64,000 nucleotides of DNA from the human T2T-CHM13v2.0 reference genome, Homo sapiens. Made by a program: the position numbers and the translations under genes. The stretch is taken from NCBI RefSeq assembly GCF_009914755.1, contig NC_060930.1, one strand, 5' to 3'. Positions 53,392 through 64,000 of this stretch are shown piece by piece. The notes beneath the pieces were generated by a model. It worked only from the letters and a program-made list of their open reading frames with translations, was not told the origin of the DNA and did no database searches. The stretch's first letter is position 1. Each line of letters begins with the position of its first letter.

Positions 53392-54581
53392 ATCCCATGG
53401 TTCCAAGTTATAGCTGAATTTTTTTTTACCAATTTTACCTATTTTTGTAATAAATCCAGTCACAGTCCTCACTGAGTTATAGACTAGATTGATGGGAGAA
53501 AACTGTAATCAGGGAAAGAAGGTAAATACACGTTAACTTCACTCAAAAGCCACTCCTTTAAGCAGTTGTACACAGCAGGTCATTAAAGTTCACATATTCA
53601 GTATAATCACATTTTTAAAAGTATACTGACACTATGAATAGTGTTCACTGCAACCAGGGATCATGAAACATTCAAATTTCTTGAAACCTGTAAATTTAGA
53701 TTGAGAGACTATTAGAAATAAAGTATATTTAAGTTAAGCATATTATCAATTAAATTATATTTAATGCTAAAATTTTGAAGGAAAAGAAAAAAGTAATAGT
53801 CATATATGAAAAAAAAATCAATTCATATGCCATATTATCCAACCACCCGGGTAACAACAGACTGGCTACAAATTATATGAGGAATTTAAATATAAATTCT
53901 TAGATTTCTAAGTGTGATTTTGTGATGACAAGCACATCATTATAACTTAAAGCAATTCATTTCTACACAATTTACTGAATGTCTACTATGTCTATTCTTG
54001 CCTCAGGGAACTCACAGACTGCTAGGAAATAAAGACACATTCCAACCAGTTGCAATTCAGTAATGTTATTATAAGAGTCATATTAATGGTAGATACATTT
54101 TTATAAATAACACCTCAATTCTGCACTTTCATAAAATATCCATGTGTCTGTAATTTATAACTACACATTAGTAATCTTTCATATTAATAAATAAAAACTC
54201 CATTCTAATTAGGCACTAATATAAAACAGTCACTCACTTCCCATCTGTTATCCCATTTGCTGATACATACAAGAGGAGTATCAGTAATTAACTGTTGAGT
54301 GCCACAAGCTGGAATATTCTGTTTTGCAAAATAAGTGATATGAATGTTTATTTTAAAAAATTTTGTGAGCAGAAATGACCAGGTTATGAACCATCTTTTT
54401 TCCATATTAACATAACAAAAAGTAAGTGGCTTTTGAGTTCAAAAGTGATGAATTACTGAGAATCTTCTAATATTGGGATCCTTCCATCTCAAGCATGTTT
54501 CCTAAATTACTTTTCCTATATTTCAAAAATTGAAATAATGAACCAACACCTACTCCAAAAAAGTTCATATAAAATAGTAAC

Positions 54582-54866
54582 AGTTGGGCATGGTGGCTCA
54601 CACAGGAAATCTCAGCACTTTGGGAGGCCAAGGTGGGAGGATCACTCGAGCTTAGGCAACATAGTGAGGCCCTGTATCTACAAAAAAAAAAAAAAAAATA
54701 GCTGGGTGTGGTGGTGCATGCCAGTAGTCCTAGCTGAGGCTGAGGTGGGAGGATCCCTTGAGCCCAGGAGTTTAAGATTATAATGAGCTATGATTGCACC
54801 ATTGCACTCTAGCCTGGGTAACAGAGCAAGGCTCTGTCTCTTAAATATAAAAATAAAATAATTTTT
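54582..54866 (+). mobile_element. AluJ with internal deletions
   Basis: gggcatggtggctcacac...ggaggatcccttgagcccaggag...ctctgtctc plus A-rich tail. Confidence 0.92.
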
Positions 54867-56034
54867 AAAAGGACAGTAACATTACTGACCTCCACTATTC
54901 TGCTTTGCAGGCAGCATTAGCTAACAACCTTGTAAGTAGAATGAGTGTTATAGTATGGTCTTTCCTCACAACAAAATACCAGAAAATGGGAGAGAAGAAT
55001 GGAATGGGCAGCAGCATCCTGTGTCCAGATGCCCACACAAGAAAAAGGCTGAGCTGAGCTTCCTTGTCTTTGCCATCTCAGTAACAGAGGTCATGGCAAC
55101 TGACCTGTCCACCTCATAAGAGAATCTCCTTGCGGACTCTCCTAGCTCATGGCCTGATTTCCTTTGTGCTTGACACAAGCAACCTTCATCTTGTTTTTGA
55201 AGGTTAAAAGAGTCCCACCCTTAATATAATGCAACCATCATATGTACAATCTCAAATGTTCCCCAAAGAAGATAGCAACTTAATGTCAAGTTTAGCAACT
55301 ATCAGTTGGCAAGGTATCTTCAGAAGCTGACTGCCAGTCTTAAAAACCTCAGTCTCCAGGTGATATCTATTTCTTCGCTAAGTTTCTTATGAAATCATCC
55401 ACACCTGCTTTTTGTCATGCTATAACCTTTAGACAGTCACCTAACCACTATCACCACGCTGAAAATACAATTGTGAAAGAATATTAATGAGCTGGCCACA
55501 GCAACATCTATTAGAAAATATTTATTTAAGATTCTGGTACTTGTTTGTTTATTTTTACAAAAAGCAGGAAGTATTATTTCTCCTTGGTAAGATTAATAAA
55601 CCAGCCAAAAACACAGTCCTCATTTTTATATATTCCCATAGTGGCATAAGGAGCCCCCAGATATGCAGGTGGTAGCCTCGGGTTCAAGTTTAGTGGAATC
55701 CTTATGAAATTCTGGTGAAACTTATTGTGCACCATGAACTGGGTGGCCCAGGAGGCCCAGAAGGAAAATATTCCCCATCCTCTGGTCTAGATTCATATAA
55801 CTCATCAGATTTATAATTAATTGTCCATTTATAAACAAGTCTTGCCAATGACAGCTCTTCACTCTCTCCCAAAGCCATCCATAGTGGACCTAACTACTTG
55901 TTAGACCAAGTAGTTACCACTCTACATGGTAATTTTCTGTTGAATTATATACTAGTCAACTGAAAGCTCCTTGAAGGCATGGGTGTGTCTCATTTACGTT
56001 TGAATTTTCACTGCTGGTCACTGTTTTTAATATA

Positions 56035-56142
56035 TATATATATAAATTTTATATATTGTATATATTGACTACCATATATATGGTAGTCTATATATATAAA
56101 TTTTATATATTGTATATATTGACTACCATATATATGGTAGTC
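56035..56142. repeat. Perfect 54-bp tandem duplication containing a 22-bp palindrome
   Basis: tatatatataaattttatatattgtatatattgactaccatatatatggtagtc x2 (56035-56088 and 56089-56142), inside an L2 3' end. Confidence 0.96.
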
Positions 56143-57069
56143 AAGAAACTGACAAATATAGGAATGAATGAATCATGTTTTGCATGATTTGTTATTTTTA
56201 CATAGATTATTACATTTGATAAGAAAGTCTCAGAAAGGAAAACTATCTTGCACAAGATTATACTATTTGTAAATCAAGGATCTAAGTTTCAAATCCATGT
56301 CTCTAGACTGGATTTGACGGTCTGGCTATAAATGCAGTGCTCATAATCTTAATATTCAAGGATGCCTTAGAACCTCACTGGCACAGGAATTGTATCACCT
56401 CATGGTACAAATTGCCTGCAACTCCCTCTGTGCTCTATGAAGTACTTGGTGATTAACCTCTAACTACCTCAATTATTCTGAATTTCCTCTTCACTCATGC
56501 CTAGTCACACTATGTTTGTTCTGTCTGTAGGTGGCTAATTCACATAGTTACAGCACAGGGCCAAGGAGACCAGGATTATAAAGTTAGGATATGTCTACAA
56601 AGCTAGGTTGGATTAATCTGTCCAACACTGTACACACATTCTTCACTCATTCCTACTTCCTGGCAAACAAAGTATCCCCAGCCAACAGAGACTAGTTGAG
56701 ATAATGTGAATTGATCCTTGCAAATGCAGAAACTTGTTCATTAAACCCTACAGTCTAAAGCAAATAAGAAAATGAAGCAATTCCAGAAGCCAGTTTTCCT
56801 GCATTTCCAGGAAGTGGCTTACTAAGGCAAAAAAGAGAGAAAGAATTTCCTTCAAATTTTGAAAATATTAACTTGTAGAACTTCTAACATCTGTTTACTA
56901 CTGTTGCAAAGATAATTAATACCATCATGCTTTTAAGTCCTCAACATCACCTATCAACATAATTTTTGCCTCTGCTTAAGTTTTCTATAAACTAGTAGGA
57001 ATCTGCACACCATATTTACTGTGACTGATTGAAAGAAATTATAGAACATTTTTTAAAATAAGGGAAATA

Positions 57070-57360
57070 GTAATAATAGCCCCTATTTATAGGCATCTAC
57101 TCAGTACCAGAACTGTGGTAGGAACATGTACTAACTCATTTACAAACTCAACGGCCACATAAAGTATTAATTATCTGCTTTTGTAGATGGTACAACTATT
57201 GTGCCCAGAGGTTATAGGGCCTTTCCAATATCCCAAGTCTTCTAAATAAAAGAACTGAGATGTTGAACAAATGTATCTAATTCCAAAGATCATGCCTTAC
57301 ACCACTGCATGGCTTCAGCACATAGTAAGTGCTCAATAAATATTTTTGCATAAATGAATC
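57070..57360. mobile_element. MIR plus L2/MIR tail
   Basis: cctatttataggcatctactcagtaccagaactgtg...; gcacatagtaagtgctcaataaatattt. Confidence 0.7.
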
Positions 57361-60039
57361 AGTTGTGGCTGAATCTTTTTTTTACCTTAAGATGTTGAAG
57401 CTACACATAAAAATGAAGCTTTCAGACACTGCACCAGATTTGACTGTCTAAAATACTTTGTTAAGGAATGTACGCTAGGATTTAATCACATTACTCTCAC
57501 CTCAGTGGCCAGCGCAACCCTGAATGTTTAATTATGCTACTAGTTTTATACCTAATCAATCTTTTTCATTAAAATCCAGTGAAGCAGACAACTGGGATAA
57601 TTACTGCAGAATCATCTTAATTAAAAATTTTAGCTTCTAATTAAGAGTCATTGTTTATCTCATCAGGAAACAGTTAGAATTCATGACAGGGTTGCCCTGT
57701 TTATTAAATTTTTAGCCTTTTTGAGGTTGGACATAGTACATGATACTCCTACTTATGTGAGCATTTGTGTTTATACCCACACATATGTTTGAGTACATTT
57801 AGGAATGTTTTAATTGCATCAGAGGAAAAATAGCAATACAAAGCATGAAGCCTAATGGAAACTCTATCACTGAAATCCTTGATCCAGTATTTACGTCTCA
57901 ACTAATTACAAAATGTTCAAAAGTGAATTACTTATACCTCAATTACTAGTTGAAGGCATAATTATATTCACAACTGAACAAAAACTGCCTTAAAACTTTT
58001 TCTCACAAGTTATGAATTTTTAAAAAGCCTGATGAATATTCACCCAAATCTCTGCAGCATAAAGAAATAATTATTATTTCCCTAGACTCCCATTTCTGGG
58101 AAATTCCTTTTCACCATGAGGATCACACATATAGGTCTTTGGAAGGAAGTCACAGTCTCCTTGGAGTACAGGAAACTATCCATTCATTAGTAAATACACC
58201 CATGATGCTTTGTCCCGTGGGAAACTCAGCTTGATTACTCTCTGCAGTTGCACTGCAACCCTCCACATGTACAAGTGCTGTTGTGTAATTCATAACAAAC
58301 ACTAGCAAATGCTTTAAGTCATTACCCTTTGCCTTAACAGTGAGACACTGTTCTTTAACTCTCACAATCATAATTTGTGAATCTACTGCTCTATTCAACA
58401 TGATTACAGACCCAAAGAAGCACAAAAGGTAGCCATAGAGGGTGTGAGACAGAAGAGCAGATCAATTCCTTAAGAAAAACCAAGATCCAAGTAACATATT
58501 TGATTGGCTGTTCCTGAGTATCTATGTTAGGAAACCTGGCAGAAGGGCAGGAATGGGGGTGGGAAGGGGGATGGGGACTGAGAATACTGGAAGGATAAAA
58601 TTAATCATCGGAATTGGTTAAAGCATAATTTAAATGTTATGAATAAAGCTTCAGTAAAATGTTCCTATGTAGAAATATTTGGAAGCCAAATGACTTTCAT
58701 AAGCTATGACAGTGATCAGCATGGCCTCCAATGACATCAAAGTTGACACAAGGAGTTCAGATATTTTAGGCTTAGATAGAAGCTTCAAATTCATTCTTTT
58801 TCACTTAAAATTCACATTTTTTAAATTTGCTTAAAATGCATTCACTTTTTCCACACTAACAGTAAGCAGACATAAAAGGTAGGGGAGAAACGTAGAGGCA
58901 GCAAATAAAGTTCAATTTATCATCTACAACAGAGGTTTTCCAACTGTCCATTGAAGAGAGGAAATGCAGAAATTTGGGGAAGTGACAACCTTCCCCCAAC
59001 CTCAACAACATGCTTTCCTTCTCTCCCTACAATTTCCATTGCCCTCCCACCCAAAGACAGTGGAAAGTAGAGCTTTTAAAAATATTCGCTTTAAACTAAC
59101 TACTGGAAAATGGACATAAGGATAATCTTTAAGCGTTCAGCATCTTCCTAAAGGACTTTTAAAATCATTTTAACTTGAAAAGGGGATGGAAAGGTGGGGG
59201 TAGGATAAAAATTAAATCTTTCCTTGAAGCAGTCTTGATAGTAGTATCTTCTCTCAGTATAGGGGGAAAAAAGATAATGGTAGAAAAGAGTTATAGTCTA
59301 GGGTATTTTCCCCCTTAAAATTACTAAACACAACTGATTATATTATACCAAGCTGCCTTTCTATGAAGCATAAAAGATATAAACAGAGCACAGGCTTAAA
59401 TATGGATACTACCCAGACTTCCAAATGAGCACCAGCATTCAAAGGGGTTTTCTTCTGGGAACAATTTGTACCTAGTTCCAGATGTTTTCCCTTCTAGAAA
59501 ATAGCAAACTCTGCTTAGCATCCATTTCACTGGTGTAAGCAATAGGTACTTTAAATCCTGTCTGCTGCACCGCGGCCCACTGTTATTACAGCCAATGCCT
59601 CACCTACACCTGTACTGTATATATTGATGCTGAAAGAACCCATTCAGATAAATTACCGACTGGCAGAAGATGAGCTGATAAGAAGAGCATCGTTATTTTG
59701 CAAAATGGTCAATGCAGGGTGCTATAAAATAAAAATATAACCAAGGGATCATTCAAAGACATAGCAAATCTTATGGTGGAGGAGCAGGTGAATAACATGC
59801 CTCTGGAGGCGGTGAACTCTTCTTTCCCTGCACTGTCTGTGACATGTATGACAATGTCATGCTGCTGGAAGTGTCCAGCAACCAGGGCTAACCGGCCTAT
59901 AAATTGCTGGGCAGCAGAATACCAAAGGCCTGATATATGGATTATTAAAATAAAAGAGCACAAGGGGCATAAATTCTCAGATAGATTTTGAGGCTTCTGT
60001 TCCTAATTCAGCTACTATGGAAGAATAATAATAACTATC

Positions 60040-60275
60040 ATTACAGCCACCATTTCTTAAGTACTTACTATGTTCCAAGCCCTGGGCTTACATATATTCC
60101 CTTACTTGACCCATAAGGAACACTCCTATATGGAAGAAATTATGATTCCCATTTTATGAACATGGAAACTGAGCCTCAGAGCAGAAAAATAACTTGCCCA
60201 CGCTAGTGCATGGCCAAAATCATGCATTAAAATTAGTACTACTTGATTCCAAAACATATGCTCTTAACCCCTTGC
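60040..60275 (-). mobile_element. MIR
   Basis: cccattttatgaacatggaaactgagcctcagagc...aacttgccca. Confidence 0.85.
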
Positions 60276-60759
60276 TCCAGAGTCTCATATTCAAAATAAT
60301 TGGAAGGTAAAAATTTTAAGTCTCTTAGAAGGCAAAGAAATGCAGTCACCAATACAATTTTTAAAAAAACTTTTCCAAAATCCAATGATAGAACTAAATC
60401 TCACTAATTTAAACTAAAATGCAAAGCAAAATAATGTGGTTTGTGAATTTTACATTATACTTTTAGCATCATTAATGTTGGCAAGCACAAATTGACTAGC
60501 TACCTTTCAGAGAAGACCTCCAAACAAATGCAGATTTTGTATATAAATCATAAAGCATACCTAATGGAAACACAAAGTAAGTTATTAAATTTTCTCTCTG
60601 TTTATAGATCTTATGTATTATCTAGATGATATATTTAAAAGGAGGTAGTGATCTTTAGCCAATATGGTGTAAGTCTTACATTCATAAAGTGGTAATACTA
60701 TCCTAGAGAACTAGGCAATTTGTAACAATTATTTAAGTTTTTTTAAATTTATCAGACAT

Positions 60760-60885
60760 ATAGCTGGATAGCTCGATGGATGGAAGGAAGATGATAGCTA
60801 ATAGAAGGATAGTCAGGTAGGTAGGCAGGTAGGTCAATAGATAGATAGATACATAGCTAGATAGATACATAGATCTAGAGATATA
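60760..60885. repeat. Degenerate (TAGA/TAGG)n simple repeat
   Basis: taggtaggcaggtagg...atagatagatagatacatagctagatagatacatag. Confidence 0.85.
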
Positions 60886-61012
60886 ATATTTGAAAGGAAT
60901 TTTTATTTACAAGCAAACATCAGTATTTTAGATCCTTAACAGTTACCTATTGCTAATTCCCCAACACAAAATTTTGTTCCTAAATTGTGTGGCAAGACAG
61001 GGCAAAGCCAAC

Positions 61013-61790
61013 TGTATTTAGCTCAATAGTTTCCAATTGGTGCTATAACAAATTACTGCATTAAAATGACACAAATTTATTATCTTACAGTTCTGGAGAC
61101 TGGAAGTCTGAAATTAGTTTTATAATCTAAAATCAAGGTGTTCGAAGAGCTTCCCTCCTTCTGGAAGCTCTAGCCTTTTCCAGCCTAGAGAAACTGCCTG
61201 CATTCTTTGTTTTGTGGCTTTTTCTCCCATCTTCAAAGCACATCACTTTAACCTCTGCTTCCATCACATTTCCTTCTCTGGCTCTGATCCTCTTGCCTTT
61301 CTTTAAGAAACCTTATTATTACACTGGTGATCCAGGATAATCTTCCTATCTCAAGATCCTTAACTGAATCACATCTGCAAAGCCCCTTTTGCCATGTAAA
61401 ATAATATATTCAAAGCCAGGTGCGGTGGCTCACACCTGTAATCCTAGCACTTTGAGAGGCTGAGGTGGGAGGATCACTTGAGCTCAGGAGTTCGAGGCTA
61501 GCCTTGACAACATGGCAAAACATCATCTCTACAAAAAATACAGGGAAGAAAAAAAAAAAACAGTTAGCCAGGCATTGTGGTGTGCATCTGCAGGCCCAGC
61601 TATTTGGTGGGCTGAGGCAGTTGGATCACTTCAGCCCAGGAGGTCAAGGCAGCAGTGAGCCAAGATCATGCCACTGCACTCCAGCCTGGGTGACAAAGTG
61701 AGACCCTGTCTCAAAACCAACACAAAAATTCAGGAGTTCTGGGGATTAGGACATTAATATTTTGGGGGGGACCATTATTCTCTCTACCAC
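61013..61790 (-). mobile_element. MLT1 (A-C-like) LTR interrupted by AluJ
   Basis: gctataacaaattactgc...cttacagttctggagactggaag...ttctggggattaggac...ctctacca. Confidence 0.85.
61414..61730 (+). mobile_element. AluJ (Jb-like)
   Basis: gccaggtgcggtggctcacacctgtaatcc...gtgagaccctgtctcaaaa. Confidence 0.94.
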
Positions 61791-61924
61791 TATCTTTCTA
61801 TAAGTGGATCCCCATAGCTTGCTGGGGGAAGGATCTTCTTTTTCTAAGGTGGTAACTTATTACTAATCATAAAGATAGCCAAAGGAATCTAGATCTCAGG
61901 GAGCATTCCTAGAATGTCTCTTAT

Positions 61925-63352
61925 ATATTCACTGCATTTGGTGATCTCATCCAGTTTCATAGTCTTAAATACCATGTATATGGCAAGGATTCCAAAAATA
62001 CCTCTCCAGATCAAACTCATCTATCCAGACGCCTACTGAATACACCCACTTGGATATCTAATAGGCAAGTCTGACTCAACATGTCTAAAATTGAGCTCCT
62101 GATTGCCCCTCTCCCAAGCCTACTTCTCTCAGTCTTCCCCACATCCCTTAATAGAAACACTATCTCTACAATTGTTCAGGCCAAAAACCTTGGAATTATC
62201 CTTGACTCCTTTCTTACTTTCATATCCTTCATCCAATCCATCAGCAAATCCTGTCAGCCCTCCATTTAAAACGTATCCAGAATCCTGTATCTCCTCATTT
62301 CCACCACACCACCACACTGGTCCAAGCCACTATCACTTCTTTTCTGGAGTTTTGCAGTAGCCTATGAACTGGTCATCTTCCTTTCACTCTTTCCCCCTAT
62401 GGTAGCAGCCAGCCTGGTCTTATAAAACATGATGCTGTGGGGCCTCACCCAGATTCCTCCTTTCAGGACTGAGGCACTCGCTACCCCAGCAGCCAAAAAC
62501 ATTGGCTGCCAATGGCTTACATTTGAATCCCCTTCTGGGAATTGTCCTCATTCAAAGGGAGCTGCCTTCTGAAGTTTATGCCCTTTTCTAAAGTGTAAAC
62601 AATGACTGGTCAATGTGATGATACAAAAGCTCCATCCCTTTGCCTTGATTTGGGACAACTCTGGAGGACCCTGCCACTTCCAGGATTCCCTGTGGATCAG
62701 TGGAAGCCTCTGTTGCAGCAGCATTCCATTTCAGCTTCTCCCTGCTCTCTCCATCCTGTGCTCTCACCCCCTCAGAGGTGTTGCTCCTGAGAACATTCCC
62801 AAAATAAATCCACTGCCTGCAACAATACATCTCAGAGTCTGTTTCTAGGAGAACTCAACTGAAGACACTGAAATAAAATCATGTTATTCCTCTGGTCAAA
62901 ACTCTCCAATGACTCTCCATTTCAAATAAAAGCTCATGTCCTCACAGTGTCCTAAAGGTCCTAAAGTGAAGCCACCCCTTTTGTCTCATCTCTTGCACTC
63001 TTGCCCCAACCTCAATGGACACTTCTTCCCTTAGCTGCTCCCTCTTTCTTGAATGCTCTTCCCCGACATATCCACACAATTTACTCACCTCTCAGTCTTG
63101 GCTCAAATGCTGTTTTCCCAAAGAAGCCTTTCCTGACCCTCCTATGGCATTAGAACTGCCATACCCCATAATCTACGTTGTTTTTCTGCATACCACTTAC
63201 TGTCTAATACACAATATAGTACACTTATTTACTATGTTTATTATCTTTCTCATCTCACTATGAGAATTTTCTTTTTGTCTCTTTTATCCTCCCTACTTAG
63301 AGGAGTGCCTGGAACATGGTCTTCAAAATACTTGATAAATGAATGAATGAAT
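61925..63352 (+). mobile_element. L2a interrupted by LTR16
   Basis: ccacttggatatctaataggc...ggccaaaaccttggaattatccttgactcc...; ends ggagtgcctggaacatgg...gaatgaatgaatga. Confidence 0.88.
62433..62867 (+). mobile_element. LTR16-like ERVL LTR
   Basis: cctcacccagattcctcctttcaggactgaggcactc...ctcagagtctgtttctaggagaactcaactgaagaca. Confidence 0.8.
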
Positions 63353-63570
63353 GAGTGCTGACTGTGTGTCAGGAACCTCCCTGGGAACATTTGTGTATAA
63401 TATCTCATATAACAGTCACAACAACTCCAGGAGAGGAATATTATAATATCCATTTTCCGACTGAGAAAACAGAGACTCAGATAATCACATGAGATTATCA
63501 CATAGGTAAGGAGGGATAGAGCCCGGGTGTGAACCCCTGTTGGTCCAACTCAAAGCCATATTCTCACAGA
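63353..63570 (-). mobile_element. MIR
   Basis: ccattttccgactgagaaaacagagactcag...ccaactcaaagcc. Confidence 0.8.
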
Positions 63571-63833
63571 GACTCCCCTATTTCAGCTAAACTACTCTCT
63601 TTCCAAACAAATCTAATCTAAACTAGGAAAACAAGTCTAAACAAGGGGTGAAGATTGAGTGGCACAGAAATCATGATCTTCATCATTTTATGAAATGTAC
63701 ATGTGTTCACTATTACTGTAGATGCTCTACAAGACGAGTTTACAAGTTCTAGCTTTGTAGTAACTAAGGATCTATCTGCCCAAAAGGAACATATTAACAT
63801 GTAGGTAACTACTTGCACACACAGAGACCTTAC

Positions 63834-63928
63834 CAAAAGCTAATTGCATTGTCAGTAGTATTTGGACCAGTAGGGGGGCGGGCAAGGGGTGTACGTGTTG
63901 ATAGAAAACAAAAGTCTGGGTTTTATAT
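63834..63928 (-). other. Candidate exon (95 nt), or TATA-driven first exon, of an unidentified minus-strand transcript
   Basis: Acceptor ttattttcttccattaactcag|A and donor TTG|GTAAGG; CpG-containing unique sequence with a GC box (63873-63882), TATAAAA (63927-63921) and an ETS-like acggaagtg near 63987. Confidence 0.45.
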
Positions 63929-64000
63929 CTGAGTTAATGGAAGAAAATAATTCACTGTCTTCCACTTAGCAAAAGAAAGCTTTGTAACGGAAGTGGGATT

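Overview
AT-rich, CpG-depleted primate (human-like) genomic DNA, dominated by interspersed repeats: Alu, L1PA/L1M, L2, MIR, MaLR/ERVL LTRs and hAT-Charlie MERs. I recognise no protein-coding gene. The long ORFs are L1 ORF2 remnants or Alu/microsatellite artefacts. The window looks like a large intron or intergenic region. Two well-formed minus-strand candidate exons (63928-63834 and 11270-11110) hint at a host transcript running right to left. I found no new multi-gene biological system. The best-supported observations are base-level records of retrotransposition and repair: (1) an L1PA with an apparent serial (double) 3' transduction; (2) an L1PA with both a 5' inversion and a 3' transduction; (3) a ~120-bp twin-primed L1; (4) a tailless 5S rRNA retrocopy whose 17-bp TSD shows reciprocal CpG decay; (5) a four-piece templated-insertion patchwork in an MLT2 LTR; (6) an internal segment copied into one LTR of an MST provirus; (7) a perfect 54-bp tandem duplication carrying a 22-26 bp palindrome. 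Repeat family names come from recalled consensus sequences, and boundaries of old repeats are approximate.
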